Assembly: GCA_004764695.1 (NCBI GenBank)
Contig: SMSO01000032.1
Coordinates: 2,604,001 to 2,668,000 of the forward strand
DNA: 64,000 bases
Direction: 5' to 3'
Source of the DNA: Schizochytrium sp. TIO01
Taxonomy: Eukaryota; Protista; Bigyra: Labyrinthulomycetes
A program made the position numbers and the translations under genes. This document shows, piece by piece, positions 34,504 through 44,498 of this stretch. The notes beneath the pieces are model-generated. The model was not told the DNA's origin and did not search any database. It saw only the letters and a program-made list of their open reading frames with translations. Position 1 is the first letter of the stretch. The number at the start of each line of letters is the position of its first letter.

Positions 34504-36291
34504 ATGCACAGGTGCAAGCGATGGTGGCGCAACAAGTGTGTCTCGAGCGTGCTTTTGGTTCTTGTAATATCAATTGTTGGAACTCAAGCAGAGTTTGAGG
34601 ACTTTGATGGCCAACCACACGATGTTGTCCGCGATCCGAATTGGACAGAGCAACGGCGCTTAGGCTGGGAGCAGAAAAGAGGGGCTTGGTGGGCAGATGG
34701 TACGAAACATGCACAACTTATGGATACGGGTGGACTACGCATCGTGTGTTCTCACGTTTCTACTGCTGTCTATCAGTATATTGACCCTGTCACGGTCCCA
34801 TGGTTCTCAAAACATGGGTTAGATCGACTTCAAATTTCAGGAGATCTGTTAGCAATGAACGTGCATGAAAGTGATCATCTAATCACCGCTCCACAGGCAC
34901 TCGCGGGAGTACTGCTTATTTTACAGTATGACCAACGTTATGCATCTAGTGATGAAGTCCTCATAGAAGAGATCGACCTCGTGAAAATTGGTACAGGGCC
35001 GTTTGAGAAATCTCTGGAACTTTCAGGCGTGCGAATCGAGTCCCTAACACTTGCACTCACCTGCACAGGGTTTGAAGGAGATTACGCACTCGCCCATATT
35101 CAAATACGAGCTTTTCCTGGTGCGCACAATCGGGCAGATGAACCTGTGTTTAAATCTGAATTCATACCAACAATGAGTCCTGGTCAAGATGAAGTAAGGG
35201 AAATTGGCAAGTCTATGACGTCAAGCGAAATATCTTCGCACAAAGTCACTTTATGCTTGCACGCATCCCTCGACCGCCTTCAATTTGCTGCAGCAAGTAT
35301 CTTGCAATGGCAACTACAGCACTCTGGGAAAACTTGTATCGTTAGTCTTGCTTTGTGGCGAGACGACACTAGTTTGGAAAGGACACTTGAATTAGTTCAC
35401 AGAGCCTTTGCAAGCGAGCACATTGACCTCAGTAACATGTTGGTCATTGCTCAATTTCAACCGCGAGTACGAGCGGCGGGCGAAGCGTATCCAATCAATA
35501 CATTGCGAAACATGGCTTTGCGTGCAGTGAAAACAGAATATGTATTACTATTAGATGCAGATCTACTTGTCGGTGGAAACTTCGTATCCTCACTCATGCA
35601 ATCGATCAAATTCGTCAAGAGAGAAAATCTCGGGCCTTGGGCTTTTGTGATCCCTGCATTTGAAGAAGAAAAAGGCCCAAAGATGAAAGCTTCACGCGAG
35701 AACCTCAAAACATGCAAAGAAGCAGCTCAAGCACGAAACAAAGCACAATTGCGCGCCTTCGTTCGACGTGGGCTGATTGCTCCATACAAAGCAGTGCATC
35801 AACCGCGTGCACATGGTCCAACAGACTTTGATCGTTGGTTTCGTGAGCAAGGTGACTCTGGGCCTTATGAAATAGGCAGGAACATAGATGAGCAATTTGA
35901 ACCTTATATCATATTACGGGTGCGGGATGTGGAGTTCCTTCTTGCAGAGCACAATCAACAAGACAAACGACTATCCCATAGACTTTTCGATGAGCGATTC
36001 AAAGGCTATGGTTGGAACAAAGTAGCTATGATCGCCACCCTCGCTCAAAGAGGATTTCATTTCGTGGTTCTTTCAGAAACCTGGGTAATACATTGCGCAC
36101 ATGAAAAATCGGCATGGAGTCGTGCGTTTAGCTCAGATCCCCGCGAGCGCGCACGCAACCGTGCATTGCGGTTTAAATGGGCTGCCGATCTCAGAGTTCA
36201 GGATCATAATAGGGAAGTTTTATTGCGGCATAAGCAAGAGCATGGCAAGGCTGATGATAGCAACAAAGAATTGCTTACTTGCGATGCATGA
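34504..36291 (+). CDS. GT49 (LARGE C-terminal / B4GAT1-like) glycosyltransferase with N-terminal signal or anchor
   Basis: YPINTLRNMAL, LLLDADL (DxD), AFVIPAFE, HGPTDFDRW, FEPYII, FDERFKGYGWNK, F.VL...WVIH..H. Confidence 0.9.
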   Translation: MHRCKRWWRNKCVSSVLLVLVISIVGTQAEFEDFDGQPHDVVRDPNWTEQRRLGWEQKRGAWWADGTKHAQLMDTGGLRIVCSHVSTAVYQYIDPVTVPWFSKHGLDRLQISGDLLAMNVHESDHLITAPQALAGVLLILQYDQRYASSDEVLIEEIDLVKIGTGPFEKSLELSGVRIESLTLALTCTGFEGDYALAHIQIRAFPGAHNRADEPVFKSEFIPTMSPGQDEVREIGKSMTSSEISSHKVTLCLHASLDRLQFAAASILQWQLQHSGKTCIVSLALWRDDTSLERTLELVHRAFASEHIDLSNMLVIAQFQPRVRAAGEAYPINTLRNMALRAVKTEYVLLLDADLLVGGNFVSSLMQSIKFVKRENLGPWAFVIPAFEEEKGPKMKASRENLKTCKEAAQARNKAQLRAFVRRGLIAPYKAVHQPRAHGPTDFDRWFREQGDSGPYEIGRNIDEQFEPYIILRVRDVEFLLAEHNQQDKRLSHRLFDERFKGYGWNKVAMIATLAQRGFHFVVLSETWVIHCAHEKSAWSRAFSSDPRERARNRALRFKWAADLRVQDHNREVLLRHKQEHGKADDSNKELLTCDA

Positions 36292-36676
36292 AGTGCTGAC
36301 GCTCCAGAAGATACCTGTGGCGAGACATAGCCTCGTTCATATCCATCTGGGAAAGAGGGCGCTTGTCAAGAATAGAGCTTCCACCTTCGACCCACTCACC
36401 ATTGCGGAACACAAGTCGAGATCTGCCTCCTGTGGACGAGGACGAGGTTGACCGGCCTCCACGAGGAGTGACGATTTTAAGGTAGCCGAGTTTAGACTGG
36501 GCTACTTCGAGAAGTTCACGAATCTTTTCAGGGCTCGCCTCGGTCCGATTTGCTTTGAATTTCTCCCGGATCTCATCCATTGCGCCTGCCCTTTGGGCCT
36601 CGGGAAGACGCTTGGCGCTCTGCAGCAGCTGCCTGTAGACGCGGAAAATGACATTTCTTCCGGAATCTACTGACAT
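36275..36676 (-). CDS. LYR-motif (Complex1_LYR) mitochondrial protein
   Basis: VYRQLLQSAKRLP...EIREKFKANR......I..LL..A is the LYR/F pattern. ATG at 36676. Confidence 0.85.
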   Translation of the reverse strand: MSVDSGRNVIFRVYRQLLQSAKRLPEAQRAGAMDEIREKFKANRTEASPEKIRELLEVAQSKLGYLKIVTPRGGRSTSSSSTGGRSRLVFRNGEWVEGGSSILDKRPLSQMDMNEAMSRHRYLLERQHFMHRK

Positions 36677-39600
36677 GATGTTGTAAAACAAACTCTCAAA
36701 ACACAGCAGAAGAACTTGCTTCAAACTTGTGGACTGATGTTCGATGCCTCGATAACAACAGTGGTCTCAAGCTTCTTTAGTTTACTATGCGATGGAATAC
36801 GAGCGACCGCAAGCTTTGGAATGTTTCTTCTTAATGAAAGTGTACTTTTACATTAGCTAACCTGCCGTACGAAGTATAAGGCCTAGTTACATATTATTCT
36901 GTATACTAATAGGGTCCTAAGTAGCACCTACTTAATACCTACTACTGCCTTCGGAGGAAGGAAAGAACAACTCTGGATTGTCATAGTTTCGAATAGAACG
37001 TTCCAAATACCCTGCAGAATTCAGGTTAATTTATTCACGGCGATCCGGATGCTTCGTTTGGATTTAGAGTCCAAATCATGCACAAATTTATCTCAGCGAC
37101 CACAAATACATTGTTTGATAGCTAAATTTCAACATGATTGTGGAGTCTAAGCGTTCTCATTGATCTAAAGATAACTTTTCCAAGGTGAAATGCCTCCAAA
37201 TGAACCTCATTTGTATAATCATGATGTTCAGCCATTATCACGACGGTTTCCTTGAGAGAATAAGTTTACACCTAATTGTAAATGTACCATGCATGGATAG
37301 AAGATAACTCAAATGTTCCATTTAGTTACTTTGCGTAATCTCAACTTTCAAAATCCGAGAGTAAAATAAAGAAGGCTAATGATGCAACTAGACTTGTTTG
37401 TTGTATGTATGAATGTAAGCTAATTTAGATATAGAGCATCATATTGCACTCAGCTGCGGCAAGCATCTGCAGGATATACTTATTAATTGATGCGCTCAAT
37501 TTACCTAGTTGGTTACAAGATCCTAGTTTGTATATGCTGGCTGCTTAGTATTTGAGGTGCTCAGAAATAAATTTCGATATCACGAAAGAGGTGCTCGCTC
37601 TGTGATTGCTAGAACCTTTCCTGGTGATGCCATTTTTGTTTTGTTCTCTCGATTTATTCCTAAAGGGTATGCACCAAAACTTCAAAGTCGCCAGCAAACG
37701 TCAACCTGTGTTGCGCAAAAGCGGTCTAATTTTACTTGAGCCCTTTTGAGTTAACTTCGCGAAAATGCATAGGGACCTTTCACGATTGAGAAAGAAAAGT
37801 TATCGTCATTTGAGGCAATGGATGAATGTAAAGACCGATGTGCAAAGTTTTGGGAGCGGGAGTCGGAAGCTGCTATTGCCCCACACGCGAAGAGAGCCAT
37901 CAGAGTCCAGCTTTTTATTTTCTAGGTCATAAAACCTAGCAAGCCAGCCAGACTGCTCCACTCGTGGCACTACAAGACAATATTTTCATCAACAAACTCG
38001 GAGACCTTGTGCTAAATAATTGAATGTTTGATGTTTTGCGAGCTTTATCTGTACGCACTGGCCTCCATAGTTACTGCACTCTCCTCTGCTATGGCAGGAT
38101 GTGGTGGACTGTCTAAATACGATGAACCCATTGAGTAAACAGGGTACCTAGCTAGGTACTACAGGAATGCTCGACTTGATATGCATGCAAGCGGATTGGA
38201 TAATTGAGTTGGGTGCGATGTAAAACAATTCGCCACGTCTTACGTCTTCAACTGCTCGCTGCCAGCATTGTGCTTGAGTTGAGTTTGCCCCCACAGAGGA
38301 ACCCCGCGAAGATAGAGGAAGAGACACGTGGTAGCGAAATGCTCATTGCATTGTCCAATGGCATTACATGGAGCAGCATTACATAAGTTTCATTGTTTAT
38401 ACGATTGTTTTTTAGTCACAAACAATTAACTAATACCTAAAAGACTTAAAATCTCTCAGCTTTATTTTAAGAAAACACGCCTGCATTGCAGCTGGCATTG
38501 AAGACCATCTCCGCGCGTGCAACCAAGTCTCTATGTACGGCACAGCCTTTCACGAAAGGCCGGGCTAAGCGGCTTTGAGGGTGTGCTCATGAGAGATCCA
38601 GAACGAGTCATTCGGAGGTTAGGCACTGAAGAAGGAGCCCACAGAAAATAATCTGGATTCGTCGCGAATGTTCGAGGGACCTCAATCGACCCAACAAAAC
38701 AGAACAGAGCGAACATTTTGGTAATTGCAAAATAAATAAATAAATAAATAATTAATTAATTAATTAAACAAAAAACTCAACAACGCAGTGAAGAAAAGGT
38801 AAAGGAAAAAGAAGAAGTAAATAGTTGCGAAAAGAAGACCGAAGATGACGTAAAGAGGGCAAAAGAACCCGAAGAATCAAGCAGCAGGAAAACCTATATA
38901 TACATACGGCCTATACTTACATACATGCAATACATTCATACAATACATACATAAATGCATAAATGTAGGCATCTACTCATACCTGTCCGTGCCTATTGGG
39001 CGCGTAGCTACTCTTACGTTGTAAAAAACCTGAGGCGGCAGTGGTGTTTATGCAGTCAGTCAGTGATTGAGTGAGTGAGTGAGTGAGTGAGTGGGGCAGA
39101 ATATATGGTTTTAGAGCAGTGGCGAAATATCGAATCAAAGCAATACTTTGCTGTTATTGAGCACACATGCTGCGATGTGGGCCATCCGAACTAACTGCAA
39201 TATCCCTCTTTCGTATGGAGCTGCGTGAAGAAGCACCTCCGAGTCTTCTCAGGCTGCCGCGAACGGCGCTTGGTGCTGAGCTCTGGGGCCAATTACAGCG
39301 AGAAAATGAGCAGCCAGTGGTACTGTTTAAGTTAGATGGAGGCATAGGCGAACAGCCCCTCCTACTACCGAGACATACAAACTTTTAATAAAGTTATGAT
39401 TAAAATGGGGATGAAGAATCGAATAAGCCACCTTCTACATTCCCTCATTCGCCGGTCCAAGGACAAAGTCGCAGAAATGCCTCCAATGGTCTGAGACAGC
39501 GATGGCGAGGTTTCCACATTTGCTTCGAGCTGAAAGGGACCAACGGGCGCTTGGTTAGCGCGTATGAGAATGATTAGATTCAATGCATGCAATTTCATTG

Positions 39601-40266
39601 TATCTGTGAATAAGAGAGAGAGAGAGAGTCTTTTATGAAGACAAAAAAACTCATTTGGAAAATCATAGAAGAAAAAAAAGAAGCGGAAAAGATTATTTTA
39701 ATGATTCAATTTGTGCTTAGTTAGCGAATGATAAGCAATGATAGAGGAGGCGAAGAAACCCTTGCACAGCAGCCGCTTGCTCGAAGCAGAGCCTGATTTC
39801 CAAGGTACGTGCTTTGCTCTCGCGGCGAGCGTGGCGCCGTGGTCCACAACAACGTTGCGCAAGAGCGAGCCCATAGCTCTTGCGCTGCTTCACATCCCTG
39901 CTTGAGTGGCCTCCCGCGGCTGATAGAGCCCTGCGCTGTGCAGAGCACGAGTAACAGCCAACTCGTGGTGGCTTGTACTTTTGCATAGATTAGTGTAGTA
40001 CATTGTGCTCATATTGAAGGCTTACTTGGGCAGGCAGAGCAAGCCGAGCAGGATGTGGGTAATCGCCACGATCATGATTGGGGTGCTAGCGTATGGGTGG
40101 ACAAGAAAACTGACATAAAGGCTTTGTGTAATATGGATTGCTGTGGTTGGTTTATGTGTTTGTCGCTATGACTTGCACCATCTATTTGGTCCTGGTGGCC
40201 CGCGACGTTGGCAGCAAGGACTAGACTCATTTAGAGGAAAAGACTCAGATTTCTTTTACAGAAAAA

Positions 40267-41201
40267 ATGATCGCCACCAGCGCTCTCCTTATGGGCCGCA
40301 TGGCCCTCCGCACTGCCCGCGGTAAGTTAAACATTAACGTTACGAAACGTGAGGTTTATTACACCTTGCGGATAGTATTGAGCTTCTAAGCAAACTAGAA
40401 ATAAAGCTTCAATGTACTCAGAGCGCCATCTTGGATATTGAAGACATACGCCGCATGCTTAGGACTCAAGGTTCAAACTATAACCAGCGAGACAAAGAAG
40501 GTGTTTTCCTATTTATTACAGGCAACTAACGTTGGTTACTTTTCTTCGTGTGTGTTTCGAATTACAATGATGAATATGAACATTTCCAATATATAGTTGC
40601 CGCTGTGGCCCAGCCCCGCATGATGGGCCTCCCCACCGTTGCTCGTGCCATGTCCACCAACTCTGGCAACAAGCTCTCCAGCTTTATCCAGCTCGAGATC
40701 ACCGAGGAGGAGGAGATGCAGCGCGAGAAGGCCCCCATTGAGGAGACCCTCGGTAACTCCCCCTTCAAGGTTGATGCCAAGGGCACCACTGAGTCCTACT
40801 GCGTTCTCAAGAACGGCAACGCTACTGTTGAGTTCCAGGTGTCTGACCTTGAGCACAGCGAGGACGACGAGGTTGCTATCCCGTTCGAGGTCATCATTGA
40901 GAACGCTACCCTCAAGAAGGAGATGATCTTTGACTGCATCGCCAAGCGCACTGATGACGACTCTGAGGGTGAGCTTCTCCTTGAGAACGTTGTGGTCAAG
41001 GCCACCGGCAGCGAGGACGGCGCCTACTCCCCCAGCTTCGTTGAGCTCAACGAGGATGTTCAGGAGAGCTTCTTCGACTACCTTCAGGACCACGGTGTCA
41101 ACACCGAGTTCGCTGAGATCGTCCTTCAAATTGCTGAGGACCGCGAGCAGGACCTCTACATCAAGTGGCTCCGTGAGGTTCGCGCCTTCGCCAAGAACTA
41201 A
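40267..41201 (+). CDS. MAM33: Mitochondrial acidic matrix protein MAM33/p32 (C1QBP) family (exons 40267-40321, 40597-41201)
   Basis: Spliced N-terminus MIATSALLMGRMALRTARVAAVAQPR is a presequence; intron GTAAGT(40322)..TATAG(40596). Acidic body with L...IQLEI.EE, YSPSF.ELNEDVQ..F.DYL...GV, EQ..YIKWL..V..F. Confidence 0.92.
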
Positions 41202-42285
41202 GCCTGTACTAGCTTGTCAGCTTGTTCAGCAAGCCTATATTATGAAGGTTTTCTGATCAGCTTTTTGCGTATCGTCTGATGCGCAGATCGATGCAGGGGC
41301 ATTTGTCCCCATGGCCCGTCATCTGCGTTTTTTTCTGAATCTTTTCACATCTCATTTCCATACTAAACAAATCTCTCTTTTCCTCGTTCCTACGTTAGCC
41401 GTTCCTATTTCTTGCTCTTAGTTTTCTAGTTTCCTCTCAAAACTGTGTACAAGAAAGATACAATCTACCTTGATCAAGGCGACTACTCTTCGATTCCAAC
41501 TTACAACATTGAAACTCCTCTGATTGTCTCTCAGTGTGCTGCAGTACCTGGTCAATCTTGGTAACAAGTAGGGGATTTTCTCTTGTTAATACAAAGTTAT
41601 TGAATCTGGATAGTTTTCTTATTTTAAGACTTCAGGTTTGTCTTTACTTTTTATTTTCAAATGAATGTCGCAACAGGTATATGGAACCGGAACCTGCGAT
41701 TTATCAATTAGTGGCATCGCTTCCTTCAATATTTTGGAGAGGATTATATGCTGCAGAAATCCCACTTCGAATTTAATCCGTACTCCATTACTTTAACCTC
41801 AGTCATAATACACCTGCTGAAAAAGTCGACTTATCTCGTGTTTTCGGCTACCAGATTCATTGTACCTCCAAGCATTGCGAATATATAAAATCTAAAGTGA
41901 TGATACTTTATAATTCATCCCGCTTAAGCCTAGCAGTTTACTTTTGATGAATACTAAACAGTACACTATTCGGTACTAGATTTTACAGCTTCATATACTC
42001 CGTTTTGATTCTTGATTTTCTGAATTTTTTGTTTTTTGTTTTTTAAATTAAATTTTAAGATGTGGGTCTCCGCGCCGTAACGGATCAATTCCTATCATAC
42101 TAATTAACTGGATTAACTTTGGCAGTGAATATATAAATAAAGTACACACTTCATTTAAAGGGTTGTTTGGATGTTGATTCTCATGCCAAAAGGACCATTT
42201 TTATCACCACTATATATTCATGGCTTTATATTCTTAGACTGATTGGCTGGTGTCTTGGTAAACGCTGTCGTGGAGAGATACACAT

Positions 42286-42311
42286 TTGGCGCGAAACCGG
42301 TTTCGCGCCAA
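42286..42311. promoter_or_regulatory. Perfect 26-bp palindrome TTGGCGCGAAACCGGTTTCGCGCCAA made of paired E2F-like sites
   Basis: Perfect inverted repeat 90 bp upstream of ATG 42401. Each arm resembles the DHFR-type TTTCGCGCCAAA element; another TTTCGCG follows at about 42318. Confidence 0.65.
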
Positions 42312-42400
42312 CTCACATTTCGCGAATCTAAAACTTTACCTCACGGACAAAGCACAAAAGCCAAGAAGCAAACTTCAAAGGTTGCATCTTTCCTTGAAAG

Positions 42401-43792
42401 ATGGGTGCAGGAAGCTCCGTAGAGTACGGAAAGCAACAGCGACGCAAGTCGCTCGTTAGCAAGGAGGGACGTGTCCGTCAGTCGATTCTTCTCACAGACG
42501 ACCCTAAAGCACTCAAGTATGTGCCTCAGCATGACCATGCGACAATGCCAACACTCACGGAAAGTGATGATGATGATGAAAATGAAGAAGGGCAAGAAAT
42601 ACCACCCAAAGACGCTGTGAAGCAGGGCTCGACCACTGCAGTGGCTGATAAAGCTGCAGTCAAACAGGTCGAACTCCATATCTTTCAGGTGCAGATTCCT
42701 CATGGTGTCTTACCTGGAGGAACATTTTCCGCAGTATGCAACAATCGCTACGTGAAGATTGAGGTCCCTGAAGATTGCCTGCCTGGTGACTTCATTCAAA
42801 TTGATTTAAGTGGCGTTGACGACCAGCCTGCTTCTTCCTTGGATGGCTTCACAAATGACTCGCCCGAGCAAAAATTAAGACGTGCAGCAGCTCTCTTTAT
42901 GAAATATGATGTCGATAAGAACTATTGCATTACAATGGAGCAGCTCGAAGCCTTATTGGTCACGGAATTTAAGTTTCTGGCGGGATCAGAGGCATGCAGG
43001 TACGAAATGTCATATGCTGATGTCGACCACTCACGGTCATTGAGCTTTGACGAGTTCTGCCATTGGTTGGAGCACCTGCAAATTCGATTAGAACTGAAAC
43101 GCTTGCAAGAACAACATCACAAACTTGACGTGAAGGGGGCTGAGAGCACTGGACCAAAAGAAGATGGCAAGCTCAAAGAATTATTAGAGGAGCAAGCGCG
43201 TTTGCGCAAGCAGGCTGAAGATCAAATGAACGCCTTCATGCTTGAGATAGAAGTTCTACGCAAGGAGAAGGAACGTCTTGAGGTGTTCAAAAATAATTAT
43301 GTGGAAGACTCAGATGAATATGCAGAGTTGACCAACTTTGAGATCCGAAATGATGCTAAACTTGCTAAAATGGAGCAACACCAACGTGATAATCAGGCTA
43401 TGATTGAGAAGATGAAGGCTGATTATATGGTTTTGCAAAACCAACGTGAAGAGGATGAACAGGCTCAGAAAGAAGCGCAGAGGAAGAAGCTTCATGCAAA
43501 AATGGAAGAAAGGAAACGCCAAAAGGCCCACAAGGATGATCATTCTGGTGAAAAAGGTGACATTGTTTCTACAACACAGGAGGCATGCGATACAAAACAC
43601 ACAGCCAATACTAAACCATCAAAGCATAGCTCTGGTGAGAGCTCACCACGACCAGCACCAGTGGCTCCACCGCATGAACTTGAATCTTCAGAAGATGCAG
43701 GAGATAATATAAGTTCAGCACGTGCACCGAATGCAGCTATGGGACCTACTGATGAGGATCCAGACACCGCTATGCCTCCTCTCGAGAACTAA
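42401..43792 (+). CDS. Putative N-myristoylated EF-hand and coiled-coil protein
   Basis: MGAGSS (MGxxxS); EF-hand pair DVDKNYCITMEQL and DVDHSRSLSFDEF; E/K/Q coiled coil; two V.(I/V)P....PG repeats. Confidence 0.85.
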   Translation: MGAGSSVEYGKQQRRKSLVSKEGRVRQSILLTDDPKALKYVPQHDHATMPTLTESDDDDENEEGQEIPPKDAVKQGSTTAVADKAAVKQVELHIFQVQIPHGVLPGGTFSAVCNNRYVKIEVPEDCLPGDFIQIDLSGVDDQPASSLDGFTNDSPEQKLRRAAALFMKYDVDKNYCITMEQLEALLVTEFKFLAGSEACRYEMSYADVDHSRSLSFDEFCHWLEHLQIRLELKRLQEQHHKLDVKGAESTGPKEDGKLKELLEEQARLRKQAEDQMNAFMLEIEVLRKEKERLEVFKNNYVEDSDEYAELTNFEIRNDAKLAKMEQHQRDNQAMIEKMKADYMVLQNQREEDEQAQKEAQRKKLHAKMEERKRQKAHKDDHSGEKGDIVSTTQEACDTKHTANTKPSKHSSGESSPRPAPVAPPHELESSEDAGDNISSARAPNAAMGPTDEDPDTAMPPLEN

Positions 43793-44498
43793 GCAAGGGA
43801 GTACATTTATTACTGGTGTATCGATTTTGCTTTGCTGATGATTTATAGTTCATTATTGAAACTCATTGTAGATTCCTGACTTTGTGCAGTGTGCTCAATA
43901 GTTATTTGTCTAATCGTGTACACGTACTCATGAAATCAGATTTGAATGAATTTAAATTTTAAAAGGGTAGGCGAGCAAATTCTGTGTGGAAAAATTTCTA
44001 CTTTTTGTACAAGCTCATCGTTATTGTTTCGATTATTTTGTGTTCTTCAATTGTTTTAAATTCATATTACAATACTCCCAACTGACCATCATTTTATTTC
44101 AACATGTTGACAATGTTTGGCTGATTGATACTTTCAAAATGTAGTAGCAAGAAAGAAAATAGGTCTTCAGTTATTTATTAAGGTGTCAGATGCATAATTT
44201 CTGCAATTTACATTGTGCATAAGTAATGCAGCAAAGCAAATCCTTTAAATTAGGCAAATATCAGGCGATTTGTCAGGCATTGCAAAAGAAAAACAGACAA
44301 AGAAGGGTCATATGTAGACCCAAAGTCGTAAGAAGAAATATCCTCGTAGATTGACACGGATGGTCTCATTACCATAACTAGATAGATGATAACTGCATAC
44401 AAAACATTTTCGTGAGGATAGTACGTACCCCTTGAACACCGAAGTGTATAGAGCTGGTACTGCTGTACCTAGTCATGTTTCGTTTGTAGATTCATAAC

